Counted from the first letter of the whole stretch, positions 34,902 through 48,900 are shown. The stretch is DNA of 63,484 bases, filler included, from Raillietiella orientalis (GCA_036172245.1; 19 parts of 19 records of this genome joined end to end with filler, not necessarily neighbours in it); one strand, 5' to 3'. Program-made: numbers and translations. Notes: generated by a model not told the origin, from the letters alone.

Positions 34902-37900
34902 TTTCTCTGCACACCACTAAACGTACAATTGGAAATAGCATCATCTATTGATTTCCAAACCAGTTGTTTTGTCCTTCTCTGAGCATTCGTGAACCTAACA
35001 AACTCCGTATATCGCAGTTGTCACATGTGACCCGAAGTTGAAATGTTAATTTGCTTGCGAGTCTTTACAAATAACTCGACGCATTCCTCGTTTGTTAACG
35101 ACGATTGAATTTATATTCCGGTGAGTATTGTGTACTGCTGCTTTGCATGAGAACAGCAAAAAGAACGAACCCCTTATATGGAGTTCTGGCCTTTAAGGAC
35201 GCTCAAACTTATACAGTTGACACGATATTCCAGTGTTTCAAAAAATCTATGGTTGCCACTTTGCTTTCTTTTGCATTGTCGGCGTTGGCGATTTTCATGT
35301 GAGCGAATTATACTTGAAAGCCCTTTTGCTGAGTCAATCCTATTTTCAAAAACACATGAAAAATATCTTCCGTTTGTGAAATACGGTGAATCTCAATGAC
35401 TGGTATCCTGTGTGGAACATTGGTTTCCTTGACAATGAATAAAATTTCAAACGATTCATACTTTTGCAATCAAGCAAGAGACCACAATCTGCAATACAAT
35501 TGTCCTCAATTCACAATTTTACAAAGCAAAAGTATGCAGTATGCAAATTGATACTCTTTTGAGCAACACGCATTTCGATGAATTAGCAACAAAAAACAAA
35601 GCCAGGTAAATATCTCAATTTCCTCGAATGAACAAATTCCGCGCACAATTCACCAACAATATGGAGGAAGAGGAATGGTTCTCCACTGTTTGCAGCATTG
35701 CTCCCTGCTTTGATCATCTTGAACAGGATCCGTTGTGAAGAGCTGAGATGCCTCCGTGAGTAGACATAAGAAAACTCTTCTAAAAATCCCAACCTTTCTA
35801 TTACAACTTAGCTTAGAGGTTTCAGCAGTATGCAATTGTCACAATCGTCTCGTTGAGGTGAGTGCACCAGATGCACACTTCGTTTCGATATCAAGTGGGC
35901 ACCCACAGCATCGCCAATTGTGGTCCCTTGCATAATGCGTTTCTTAAATAATATCAGGATTCTTTCTGTAATGCTCTGTTCCATGCGTTTCATCCAAAAC
36001 AGAAATTAATTTCCTTTGCACGCCACTAAACGTACAATTGGAAATAGCATCATCTATTGATTTCCAAACCAGTTGTTTTGTCCTTCTCTGAGCATTCGTG
36101 AACCTAACAAACTACGTATATCGCAGTTGTCACATATGACCCGAAGTTGAAATGTTAAAATGCTTGCAAGTGTTTGCAAATAACCCGACGGATTCTTCCA
36201 TCGTTGATGCCGATTGAGGTTACATTCCAGTGAGTATTGTGTGCAGTTTTTTGAATGAGAACTGCAAAAGATACGAAGCCCCTATATTCTCATTTCCATT
36301 GGTCAGACGCACCCACTCGAACTTTTGACGTGTTATTCCAGTGTTTAGAAATCTCTGGGTTTCACTTTTCTCTCTTTTCCATTGTCGGCAAACGCGATTT
36401 TCTTGTAAATGAATTATACCCGGAAGCCCTTCCGCGAAGGGAACATATTTTCAAAAGCACATGAAAAATATCTTCCGTTTTCGAAATACGATGAATCTCA
36501 AGGATTCTCCTTTGGTGTGCAACATTGGTTTCCTTGACAATGAATAAAATTCCAAACTATTTATGCTTTTACAAGCAAGCAAGAGACCACATTCTGCAAC
36601 GCAATTGTTCTCAATTCACAATTTTTCAAAGAAATGTATGCAGTATGTAGATGTATACTCTATTTAGGGACACGCATTTTGATGAGCTTTAAACGGAAAA
36701 TGAAGCCTACTAAAGATGTGAATTTCCTCGAATAAAAAAATTCCGCCCAGAATCATGAACAATGTGGAGCAAGAGGAATTGTTTTCCTCTGTTTGCAGCA
36801 TTGCTCCCTGCTTTGATCATTTTGAACTGGATCCTTTATGAAGTGCTGAGGTGCCTACGTGAAGAGACAGAAGATCTCACTTTTTAGAATTCTAGCCTTC
36901 CTACTACAATTTAGATTAGAGGTTACAGCAGTATGTAATTTTCACAAGCTTCGCGTTGAGGTGAGTGCACCTGTTGCACACTTCGTTTCGATATCAAGTC
37001 GTCACCCACAGCATCGCCAATTGTGGTCCCTTCTATAATCCGTTTCTTGAATAATATCGGGATTTTTTTTTGTAATGCTCTGTTTCATGCCTTTCATCCA
37101 AAACAGAAATTCCTTTCCTCTGCACACCACTAAACGTACAATTAGAAATAGCATCATCTATTGATTTGTAAACCTGTTGTTTTGTTCTTCTCTAAGCACT
37201 CCTGAAGCAAACAAACTCCGTATATCGTAGTTGTCATATGTGATCAGAAGTTGAAATGTTAATTTGCTTGCGAGTCTTTACAAATAACTCGACGTATTCC
37301 TCGTTTGTTAACCAAGATTGAATTTATATTCCGTTGAGTATTGTGTACTGCTGCTTTGCATGAGAACAGCAAAAAGAACGAACCCCTTATATGGACTTCT
37401 GCGTTTTAAGGACGCTCATACTTATACAGTTGACACGATATTCCAGTGTTTCAAAAAATCTATGGTTGCAACTTTGCTTTCTTTTGCATTGTCGGCATTG
37501 GCGATTTTCATGTGAACGAATTATACTTGAAAGCCCTTTTGCTGAGTCCAACATATTTTCAAAAACACATGAAAAATATCTTCCGTTTGTGAAATACGGT
37601 GAATCTCAATGATTGGTATCCTGTGTGGAACATTGGTTTCCTTGACAATGAATAAAATTTCAAACGATTCATACTTTTGCAATCAAGCAAGAGATCACAT
37701 TCTGCAACGCAATTGCTGTCAATTCACAATTTTTCAAAGCAAATGTATGCAGTATGTAGATGTATACTCTATTTAGCGACACGCATTTCGATAAGCTTTA
37801 AACAAAAACCCAAGCCTACTAAAGATGTGAATTTCCTCGAATTAAAAAATTCCGTTTAGAATCATGAACAATATGGAGCAAGAGGAATAGTTTTCCTCCG

Positions 37901-38199
37901 TTCGCAGCATTGCTCCCTGCTTTGATCATCTTGAACTGGATCCGTTATGAAGTGTGGAGGTGCCTAAGTGAAGAGACAGATGTCACTTCTAAGAATTACA
38001 ACCTTGCTACTACAATTTAGATTAGAGGTTACAGCTTTTTGTAATTGTCACAAGCGTCGCGTTGAGCTTAGTGCACCAGTTTCACATTTCGTTTCGATGT
38101 CAATTCGGCAATCAAAGCGTAGCCAATGGTGTTGCTTTCTATAATGTTTTCCTAAATGATGTCGAGATTTTTATTGGAAAGCTCTGCATCATGCTTTTC
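34902..38199. repeat. AT-rich tandem repeat, about 1.1-kb unit, 3 copies
   Basis: ccactaaacgtacaatt recurs at 34914, 36023 and 37127 (offsets 1109 and 1104). Confidence 0.93.
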
Positions 38200-38414
38200 N
38201 NNNNNNNNNNNNNNNNNNNNNNNNNNNNNNNNNNNNNNNNNNNTTAATTAATTAANNNNNNNNNNNNNNNNNNNNNNNNNNNNNNNNNNNNNNNNNNNNA
38301 TCAAACGTCGAAACGTCGAATTTCATATTTCGATTCACGCTATTGATGAAATCCCTTATAGATATGCAGCTTTAGAGCAGCATATGCAGAGACCATAACA
38401 CAACTACTTATTAT

Positions 38415-41400
38415 GCAAAGTTGTCATTGCAGTGTATATTATAATGAAAAGAAAAGAAAGAAAAAAAGAAAAGAAAGAAAGAAAGTTTATTCAAAAGGAA
38501 ATTATCTCTTTACATCACAAGATATGCTCAATTTAGAAACTGTTATTTTCCAACCATCAACCTAATTCTTATTTCCTTGCGCCTCAACATTCATTAGTTA
38601 CGTTTCCTTTGCAGAGTCTGTCTAAAATGAAAAGCATATTCGTGCTACTTCGCGATAATGACTTCCTCGAAATCCGCAATGCGTCAAGAGGACATTCGCC
38701 TTTGTAACAAAAAAAAGAAATTAGCTGCTTTTTTGCCGATTCATACTAACAAAAGTGAATTTTTCGAAATGTCATTGCGCAATCGAAAGCAGTTATACTT
38801 TAGAACACGTATAATTAATTTCCTTCGACTCGTCAATTTTCCAGGATTTCAATTACATTATCGTTGAATGAAACTCTGATGAATCGGATAAATGAGTAGA
38901 CTACTTTCGAATTCTGCCTTTCTTTCCTGCTAAGTGCTATTCCCTGGCGATTAAAAAGAAAAACTTTTCCGTAATCACTTCAAACGTTAATCATACCGAA
39001 GTTCAAAGCATCATCGTAACATTCACACTTTGAAACAATAACCACCTTGAAATGAGCCGTTTTATACTTTTCTATATCCTCTTCTATTGACAGCGACACA
39101 CAGCACTACCGCAAAGTTGGATAGTACGTGAGGCATGCTTCTCTCTTGTACGGATGAGTCTATAAATAAGAATTCTGACAGCTTCTCGGCACTTCCAGAG
39201 ACAATTATATCGATCAAAGTACATTAATGCAGAGAAAGAATCGCACATTTTTGTTAACACCTGAGTGTAAACTCGTAATTGCGTAAACAAATGAATGGTG
39301 TGCCATCCTATTGCGTTGAAGTCACAAGACAAATCAATGCTTTCTTACTGGAAGGATATTTCTTGTCTTGATTGTGTGATCTCTTGAATGGAATGGATTA
39401 TATGCAGGACATCAAATATTTGGGATTAACTGCCTAGCTGCTACTGGCATCGTTTCTTGAGAGGACATGTGCGGCAAAGAGATGGATTCGTTTCTTCGAA
39501 TATTCGAATGAGAAAACATTTCTTCCACACAACGCCTGAATGAGTACAAGAACTTAAAGGAGTGGTTTGTGTTCCGAATGAGGAAGAGGGCACACGTAAG
39601 GTAGCCATCTTCATGTATCTTACGTAATTCTTTTGAATTTCTCTGCTATTCTCCCTATAATCCTTTCACTTCTGAGCGCCATTAGGAGTGCAGCTGCGCA
39701 TAAAGCTTGGTGGTTTAAGGTCAAAGCTTTCGAAGAGGATGCTATTTCTGATTACATTTTTTAATCCTAGATGAGCGCGACGGTCGCCGTTCGCGGCGCT
39801 GATCCGTCCGTAGTGCCATGGATCTGCGGGGCGTTCGTCATCCGCGGCGCTGATGCCGCTCGGCTTACCAAGTTCAGCGCCCAGTGGCTGTTCGCAGCGC
39901 TGATCCGCCGCTTCCCTTGCAGATCAGCGCTGCCGACCGCGGTCGCGGCGCTGATCTCGCCCAAGAATCCAAGATCAGCGCGTCGTTCGGCGGTCGCGGC
40001 GCTGGCAAAGTTGTCATTGCAGTGTACATTATAATGAAAAGAAAAGAAAGAAAAAAAGAAAAGAAAGAAAGAATGTTTATTAAAAAGGAAATTATCTCCC
40101 TAGATCACAGGATATGCTCAATTTAGAAACTGTTATTTTCCAACCATCAACCTACTTCTTATTTCATTGCGCCTCAACATTCATTAGTTACGTTTCCTTT
40201 GCAGAGCCTGTCTAAAATGAAAAGGATATTCGTGCTACTTCGCGATAATGACTTCCTCGAAATCCGCAATGCGTCAAGAGGACATTCGCCTTTGTAACAA
40301 AAAAAAGAAATTAGCTGCTTTTTTGCCGATTCATACTAACAAAAGTGAATTTTTCGAAATGTCATTGCGCAATCGAAAGCAGTTATACTTTAGAACACGT
40401 ATAATTAATTTCCTTCGACTCGTCAATTTTCCAGGATTTCAATTACATTATCGTTGAATGAAACTCTGATGAATCGGATAAATGAGTAGACTACTTTCGA
40501 ATTCTGCCTTTCTTTCCTGCTAAGTGCTATTCCCTGGCGATTAAAAAGAAAAACTTTTCCGTAATCACTTCAAACGTTAATCATACCGAAGTTCAAAGCA
40601 TCATCGTAACATTCACACTTTGAAACAATAACCACCTTGAAATGAGCCGTTTTATACTTTTCTATATCCTCTTCTATTGACAGCGACACACAGCACTACC
40701 GCAAAGTTGGATAGTACGTGAGGCATGCTTCTCTCTTGTACGGATGAGTCTATAAATAAGAATTCTGACAGCTTCCCGGCACGACCAGAGACAATTATAT
40801 CGATCAGAGTACATTAATGCAGAGAAAGAATCGCACATTTTTGTTAACACCTGAGTGTAAACTCGTAATTGCGTAAACAAATGAATGGTGTGCCATCCTA
40901 TTGCGTTGAAGTCACAAGACAAATCAATGCTTTCTTACTGGAAGGATATTTCTTGTCTTGATTGTGTGATCTCTTGAATGGAATGGATTATATGCAGGAC
41001 ATCAAATATTTGGGATTAACTGCCTAGCTGCTACTGGCATCGTTTCTTGAGAGGACATGTGCGGCAAAGAGATGGATTCGTTTCTTCGAATATTCGAATG
41101 AGAAAACATTTCTTCCACACAACGCCTGAATGAGTACAAGAACTTAAAGGAGTGGTTTGTGTTCCGAATGAGGAAGAGGGCACACGTAAGGTAGCCATCT
41201 TCATGTATCTTACGTAATTCTTTTGAATTTCTCTGCTATTCTCCCTATAATCCTTTCACTTCTGAGCGCCATTAGGAGTGCAGCTGCGCATAAAGCTTGG
41301 TGGTTTAAGGTCAAAGCTTTCGAAGAGGATGCTATTTCTGATTACATTTTTTAATCCTAGATGAGCGCGACGGTCGCCGTTCGCGGCGCTGATCCGTCCG

Positions 41401-41594
41401 TAGTGCCATGGATCTGCGGGGCGTTCGTCATCCGCGGCGCTGATGCCGCTCGGCTTACCAAGTTCAGCGCCCAGTGGCTGTTCGCAGCGCTGATCCGCCG
41501 CTTCCCTTGCAGATCAGCGCTGCCGACCGCGGTCGCGGCGCTGATCTCGCCCAAGAATCCAAGATCAGCGCGTCGTTCGGCGGTCGCGGCGCTG
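38415..41594. repeat. 1590-bp near-identical tandem duplication
   Basis: gcaaagttgtcattgcagtg at 38415 and 40005; matching ORFs offset by exactly 1590. Confidence 0.95.
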
Positions 41595-41696
41595 ATNNNN
41601 NNNNNNNNNNNNNNNNNNNNNNNNNNNNNNNNNNNNNNNNTTAATTAATTAANNNNNNNNNNNNNNNNNNNNNNNNNNNNNNNNNNNNNNNNNNNN

Positions 41697-44600
41697 GGTC
41701 GCAATCCTGAGACATGAAAATGGTTGGAAGCAATCTACTTCCACTTCCTGCATCCAAATAGAATCTTCAAAGTGGATCAAAAAAATTCCTCTATCTTTTC
41801 TATTTCCAATGTGGTGTTTTCCGTCCAAATCTCCGCACTTGCACCAAAACGACCATGGCCGGTTCCCGATGAATTCGGTCGCAATCCTGAGACATCAAAA
41901 TGGTTGGAATCAATCTACTTCCACTTCCAGCATAGAAATAGAATCTTCAAAGTGCATCAAAAAAATTCCTCTATCTTTTCTATTTCCAATGTGGTGTTTT
42001 CCGTCCAAATCTCCGCACTTGCACCAAAACGACCATGGCCGGTTCCCGATGAATTCGGTCGCAATCCTGAGACATCAAAATGGTTGGAATCAATCTACTT
42101 CCTCTTCCAGCATAGAAATAGAATCTTCAAAATGCATCAAAGAAATTCCTCTATCTTTTGTATTTCCAATGTGGTGTTTTCCGTCCAAATCTCCACACTT
42201 GCACCAAAACGACCATGGTCGCTTCCCGATGAAATCGGTCGCAATCCTGAGACATCAAAATGGTTGGAATCAATCTACTTCCTCTTCCAGCATAGAAATA
42301 GAATCTTCAAAATGCATCAAGAAAATTCCTCTATCTTTTCTATTTCCAATGTGGTGTTTTCCGTCCAAATCTCCGCACTTGCACGTAAACGACCATGGCC
42401 GCTTCCCGATGAATTCGGTCGCAATCCTGAGACCTGAAAATGGTTGGAATCAATCTACTTCCACTTCCAGCATAGAAATAGAATCTTCAAAGTGCATCAA
42501 AAAAATTCCTCTATTTTTTCTATTTCCAATGTGGTCTTTTCCGTCTAAATCTCCGCACTTGCACCTAAACGACCATGGCCGCTTCCCGATGAATTCGGTC
42601 GCAATCCTGAGACATCAAAATGGTTGGAATCAATCTACTTTCTCTTCCAGCATAGAAATGGAATCTTCAAAGTGCTTCCTAAAAATTCCTCTATCTTTTC
42701 TATTTCCAATGTGGTGTTTTCCGTCCAAATCTGCGCACTTGCACGTAAACGACCATGGCCGCTTCCCGATGAATTCGGTCGCAATCCTGAGACCTGAAAA
42801 TGGTTGGAATCAATCTACTTCCACTTCCAGCATAGAAATAGAATCTTCAAAATGCATCAAAAAAATTCTTCTATCTTTTCTGTTTCCAATGGGGTGTTTT
42901 CCGTCCAAATCTCCGCACTTGCACCTAAACGACCATGGCCGGTTCCCGATGAATTCGGTCGCAATCCTTAGACATCAAAATGGTTGGAAGCAATCTACTT
43001 CCACTTCCTGCATCCAAATACAATCTTCAAAGTGTATGCAAAAAATTCCTCTATCTTTTCTATTTCCAATGTGGTGTTTTCCGTCCATATCTCCGCACTT
43101 GCACCTAAACGACCATGGCCGGTTCCCGATGAATTCGGTCGCAATCCTGAGACATCGAAATGGTTGGAAGCAATCTACTTCCTCTTCCAGCATAGTAATA
43201 GAAACTTTAAAGTGCATCAAAAAAATTCCTTTATCTTTTCTATTTCCAGTGTGGTGTTTTCCGTCGAAATCTCCGCACTTGCACCAAAACGACCATGGCC
43301 GGTTCCCGATTAATTCGGTCGCAATCCTGAGACATGAAAATGGTTGGAAGCAATCTACTTCCACTTCCTACATCCGAATAGAATCTTCAAAGTGGATCAA
43401 AAAAATTCCTCTATCTTTTCTATTTCCAATGTGGTGTTTTCCGTCCAAATCTCCGCACTAGCACCAAAACGACCATGGCCGCTTCCCGATGAATTCGGTC
43501 GCAATCCTGAGACATCAAAATGGTTGGAAGCAATCTACTTCCAGTTCCTACATCCAAATAGAATCTTCAAAGTGGTTCAAAAAAATTCCTCTATCTTTTG
43601 TATTTCCGATGTGGTGTTTTCCGTCCAAATCTCCGCACTTGCACCAAAACGACCATGGCCGTTTCCCGATGAATTCGGTCGCAATCCTGAGACATCAAAA
43701 CGGTTGGAAGCAATCTACTTCCACTTCCTGCATCCAAATAGAATCTTCAAAGTGTTTCCTTAAAATTGCTCTATCTTCTCTATTTCCAATGTGGTGTTTT
43801 CCGTCCAAATCTCCGCACTTTCACGTAAACGACCATGTCCGCTTCCCGATGAATTCGGTCGGAATCCTGAGACATCAAAATGGTTGGAAGCAATCTACTG
43901 CCACTTCCTGCATCCAAATACAATCTTCAAAGTGTATGCAAAAAATTCCTCTATCTTTTCTATTTCCAATGTGGTGTTTTCCGTACAAATCTCCGCACTT
44001 GCACCAAAACGACCATGGCCGTTTCCCGATGAATTCGGTCGCAATCCTGAGACATGAAAATGGTTGGAAGCAATCTACTTCCACTTCCTACATCCAAATA
44101 GAATCTTCAAAGTGGATCAAACAAATTCCTTTCTCTTTTCTATTTCCAATGTGGTGTTTTCCGTCCAAATCTCCACACTAGCACCAAAACGACCATGGCC
44201 GCTTTCCGATGAATTCGGTCGAAATCCTGAGACATCAAAATGGTTGGAATCAATCTACTTCGTCTTCCAGCATAGAAATTAAAACTTCAAAATGCATCAC
44301 AGAAATTCCTCTATGTTTTCTATTTCCAGTGTGGTGTTTTCCGTCCAAATCTCCGCACTTGCACCAAAACGACCATGGCCGGTTCCCGATGAATTCGGTC
44401 GCAATCGTGAGACATGAAAATGGTTGGAATCAATGTACTTCCACTTCCAGCAAAGAGATAGAATCCTCAAAGTGCATCAAAGAAATTGCTCTATCTTTTC
44501 TATTTTTAATGTGGTGTTTTCCGTCCAAATCTCCGCACTTGCACCAAAACGACCATGGCCGTTTCCCGATGAATTCGGTCGCAATCCTGAGACATCGAAA

Positions 44601-44937
44601 TGGTTGGAAGCAATCTACTTCCACTTCCAGCATAGAAATAGAATCTTCAAAATGCATCACAGGAATTCCTCTATGTTTTCTATTTCCAATGTGGTGTTTT
44701 CCGTCCAAATCTCCGCACTTGCTCCTAAACGACCATGGCCGCTTCCCGATGAATTCGGTCGCAATCCTGAGACATCAAAATGGTTGGAATCAATCTACTT
44801 CCTTCTCCAGCATAGAAATAGAATCTTTGAAGTGCATCAAAAAAATTCCTTTTTCTTTTCTATTTCCAATGTGGTGTTTTCCGTCCAAATCTCCGCACTT
44901 GCACCAAAACGACCATGGCCGGTTCCCGATTAATTCG
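41697..44937. repeat. 180-bp satellite array, 18 monomers
   Basis: Exact 180-bp periodicity, e.g. gaattcggtcgcaatcctgagac, with no indels. Confidence 0.98.
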
Positions 44938-45593
44938 NNNNNNNNNNNNNNNNNNNNNNNNNNNNNNNNNNNNNNNNNNNNTTAATTAATTAANNNNNNN
45001 NNNNNNNNNNNNNNNNNNNNNNNNNNNNNNNNNNNNNCTTAGCTGACGGTCGTGTCTCAACGGTGCTCCGTGCGCTTAGGGTTTGAAAATCGATTTCTTT
45101 GGAATTTTATTCCACAATCGATCGTAATTAGTAGTGTCGGATATCTTGCAATTGCAAGACGCTGGTACGTGGTACCAAGTTTGCAATTTTCTTTATAGAA
45201 AATAGCAAAAAGTGTAAAGTGTTTGTGCTCCGTCATATTCAAGGTAAGCAACCCATTTGTTTGGTCGACTCGTCGTTATTTGTCTAACCAGATAATTTGA
45301 AGCTTTGTCTTCAATTATCTGGTTCAGATATCGAACCGGACGAGTGAATTTCTTGAATATTTTAGTTAAAATTGATTAATCAAATGAAACTTTTTCGGCG
45401 TATTACGATCGCGTCACCTAACATCGCGTGACCATTTGACCGAAAACGGAAGTTTGACAGCTGACGAGTTGAGGCTTTAATTTAGAGTTAATAAAATTCT
45501 GCGTGTCAAAAAACCAGTCTTTTGCATTTATTGGATGCTAAAAGCGAATAAATTAATTAAATAAATTAATTTTAAAATTTCGAAAATCTCGGT

Positions 45594-47008
45594 GCGCCAT
45601 CTGCATTCGAAACTCGTAACTAAGTGTAATTTAATCAAATTCTCATCTTTAGGGTAGATTCCCTCGATTTCATGGCATCAAATTTGATCACTACAACTTC
45701 TAATGTCATTTAAAAACCAATGTACTAAATTAGGATTGCATTTATCAATTTAATCCAAATTTTTCCAAAAAAACCTGTGCTGCCCTCTTACTGTAAATCT
45801 TGCAACTAGGATTTATCGATCGGGCTTGATTCCCCCTGTGTATGACGTCACGCCCTATGTTAATTCCTTTTTCAGCTTTCTCCCAATTACCTGTTCCTAA
45901 TTTGATTTTATTTTTATGTAAATCAAACTAATTCCATGTTCCAGGATATCTCCTTCACATTTTGACTGTGTTTATTGTTCCTAAAATTTTTTGTAAAATT
46001 AATTTGCGATTTTCAGTGGCGCCATCTCTGTGGTGAAAGACAACATACATCGTATAAAGTTCTTTTTAGCTCCCAGCCGCTATTTTCTCGATTGCCCGAA
46101 AAGTTTTTCTATCAGCTCACATTGCAGTAGCTCCCCTATGGCCTCTGATGATTTTGATATTTTTGCCGTCTTTATTTTATGAAATTTTTGTGAATACTGT
46201 TGTCGCCATCTACCTAGGAATCAACTAACTACATCTCAGTTAACATTACTTTACAGATTGGTCGTTTTAAAATTTCCCATCATACTCCCTTGATTTTTAG
46301 TGGCTATTGCAGATTACTACTAAGCTCCTGCAACTCCTAAATCTAATTCCAAAATTTATTTGAGAATTTTTTTAAAATTTTATGGTAGCGCCATCTCTGC
46401 AGTAAGAATGAACATAGGTTGTGAAACTTTTTTTGATCTCCCTGTTCATATTCTTTAGTTGTTCCCTAGTTTTTTTGTCCTTGTCCGTGTTTCAGAATCT
46501 TGTCTCCGCACTTTAGAATTTTTGATATTTTTCTCCCTATTTAATTAATGAATTTTTCATAAATACATATGTCGCCATCTCTTGGGACGACGGTTAACTA
46601 GGTTTCCATTAGGTTTTTCGGCTAAGTCCACATGCCGTCACTTGTACGTTTTACATTCCTAACTTGTTGTTGTCCAAACTTTTTTTATTGTGCTCCCATG
46701 TATTTCTTGACCTTTTTTAGGTTATTTCTGATCATTAGGAACATCTAAACTTTAAAATTTTAATTTTATTTGCTTATTTTTCCGAATATTTCAGTGGCGC
46801 CCTCTCTGGTGAGGTTTGTTCACTATTCCTTGAAGTTTAAACTTCATCTCCGTTGGTTTTTCCTTGCAATTCTCCGAACCAGATTGATCGTTCTGCTTGT
46901 AAAAAACGTCTCTCAGCTATTTGTCATTGTCCAAAAATTTCTTTTGATATTAATATCGTTTCTCTTGAAAATACTGCTGTCCCCATCTAGCGGGACATCC
47001 TCGAACTC
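45594..47008. promoter_or_regulatory. Array of eight co-oriented CTCF-like motifs in a degenerate ~185-bp repeat
   Basis: GCC(A/C)TCT-N14/15-AAC(A)TA variants at 45596, 45782, 46021, 46205, 46390, 46574, 46799 and 46982. Confidence 0.6.
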
Positions 47009-47231
47009 AAATATTGATTTGTTAGCTACGATGGTTGTGGATTTTGGCAAATCCATTCCCTCTACCTTCCTCCTTGTTCCATTAATTATTGTGGTTCGTC
47101 TAAATACATTTGATCCTTCATCTTTGATTACCTCTATAAGATATATTTTGTTTGAGTTGGTTTTGTCATTATTCTTGTCTCTGCAAAGTGCCCTTTGTGT
47201 TCTCCCTTTTCTTTGTTTGTGATAAGTAATT

Positions 47232-48271
47232 GTGATTTCATTTTACATAATGATGAAATCACTATCTACCCCTCCCCCTCCCTGCTTTCTTGACAGTGAT
47301 CGAAACTTATATTTTTCCCTTCACCTTGCCCGACCATGTCCATGCCCAGTTTTACATTGTAAATTCGCATCCACAGCGGAGGAAAAACATAACCGAATTC
47401 GCAATATTCGCCAACATCTAGCTCGGATTCATGGAGTTTTTCCAGAAACTGTTTGCCATTCCTGCCCTTCCTGCCCATTTATAAACAAAATTTCATCGAT
47501 CCCTACTCCCCCTCATGATTGTAAAACCTTTAAAATTGACACAGACCCTGTCATACCTTTTCATTTTTTAAATTATGAATGTCCACTTTGCCTGGTGACC
47601 TTCGATAGGAAATCTTGCTTAACCATCCATAAAGACCTTGCACACACTGGGGCAAAGAAAAAATCAATTATGTTGGTTCACCTTGATGAAAATCCTCCTG
47701 CAGTGACCTCCCAAGAAGCTAATCCTGAAATCTGTATTTCCGACATTCCCTCCCCTGAAATCTCAATACAAGTTCATGGACCGACGCGAATTCAAACACC
47801 TGTACAACGTTATCCTCCGGAATTTACAGAAGCCATTGCGGTCTTCCAACATAACCGCGATGCCTTTCAACCCCTGCCTGAAGAAATCTCAGGACTATTA
47901 GAACCTGCCTCTATCAAAACTCATGAACGTATAGACAATCTACCCCTAGAAGATAACCCATCCACGTCGAATTCGGCCTCTCCTCCCCCCTTGGCTGCTA
48001 CGTACGCGGATATCTTGAGAAGGACTCCGTTCGTGAAACTAAAAAAGCTTTCCCCCTCTCTTGAAACACAGAACTATGGTTCCCCCATCAAACCATTGAT
48101 GTCAATCATACCCGGACAACGAGAAACACCCTCAAACCTTCCCCCATACTCAATGCATAATCCCCCCCTCGTCACACCTCCTTCAAGTTGCAACACACCC
48201 CGTTCGCCCACCCAAATGCGCTCAATCGGCAAAACATTCTCCAGACTTCAAAATACTAGTGAAACACCCAG
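47232..48271 (+). CDS. N-terminus of a three-zinc-finger protein (CCHH-CCHC-CCHH), probably an RLE-type (R2/NeSL/Utopia-like) non-LTR retrotransposon ORF; truncated by the contig end
   Basis: CPVLHC...HLARIH; CPSC...HDC; YECPLCLVTF...LTIHKDLAH; then a Pro/Ser-rich linker; likely ATG near 47250; no RT in view. Confidence 0.6.
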
Positions 48272-48371
48272 NNNNNNNNNNNNNNNNNNNNNNNNNNNNN
48301 NNNNNNNNNNNNNNNTTAATTAATTAANNNNNNNNNNNNNNNNNNNNNNNNNNNNNNNNNNNNNNNNNNNN

Positions 48372-48900
48372 CGCCGCCGCCGCGGGCTCAAACCTCGTGG
48401 TTGCCGCCTTTACCGCCGCAGGCGGCACCCTCGGCATCGCAGCCGCAGGCGCGACCTTCTTCGCCGCGGGCACGATCCTCGGCGTCGCCGCCGCGGGCAC
48501 GACCTCCGCCGTCGTCGCCGCGGGCACGACCCTTGGCATCGCCGCCGCCGGCGCAGCAAAGCCCGCCGCGGGCGCGATCCTCGGCATGCCTGCCGCCACC
48601 TCGCCGTTGCCGCACGTTACCTCCATGGCTTCCATGGGGGACGATGGCCTCATTCCTCCTTTAACTCCAGATGCCTGCATCCTGGCAGCTGTTGCGGCTG
48701 CTCGGGACAACTGCAGGACTCCCACCGTTGATTTCTCGGCGCTGCTGCTGATGATGATGATGGTCCTTGGTTGCACTCTTTCCACACTGGCGTTCACTCA
48801 AACACTTGCCCTCTCAGGGCACTCAAAATTTGCCTTGGCAGTGGTTTTAAACACTGCCTTGGCGGGGTATTGTGTATAGTTTTAAACTAGCAATAATCAC
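48372..48900 (-). mobile_element. Family F element, 5' UTR and ORF1 N-terminus (right boundary approximate)
   Basis: MPRIAPAA/MPRVVPAA/TPRIVPAA repeats homologous to 7230-7500. Confidence 0.8.

Noticed and set aside
41697..44937. CRISPR-like periodicity
   Set aside because: The entire unit repeats with no unique spacers; eukaryotic context and no cas genes
41724..44985. Long repetitive ORFs up to 550 aa in the satellite (also 51504-54467)
   Set aside because: A by-product of a 180-bp unit divisible by three; stops appear sporadically and no domain is recognisable
46770..47222. 150-aa hydrophobic ORF
   Set aside because: Reflects T-rich composition, has a non-ATG start, and overlaps the motif array
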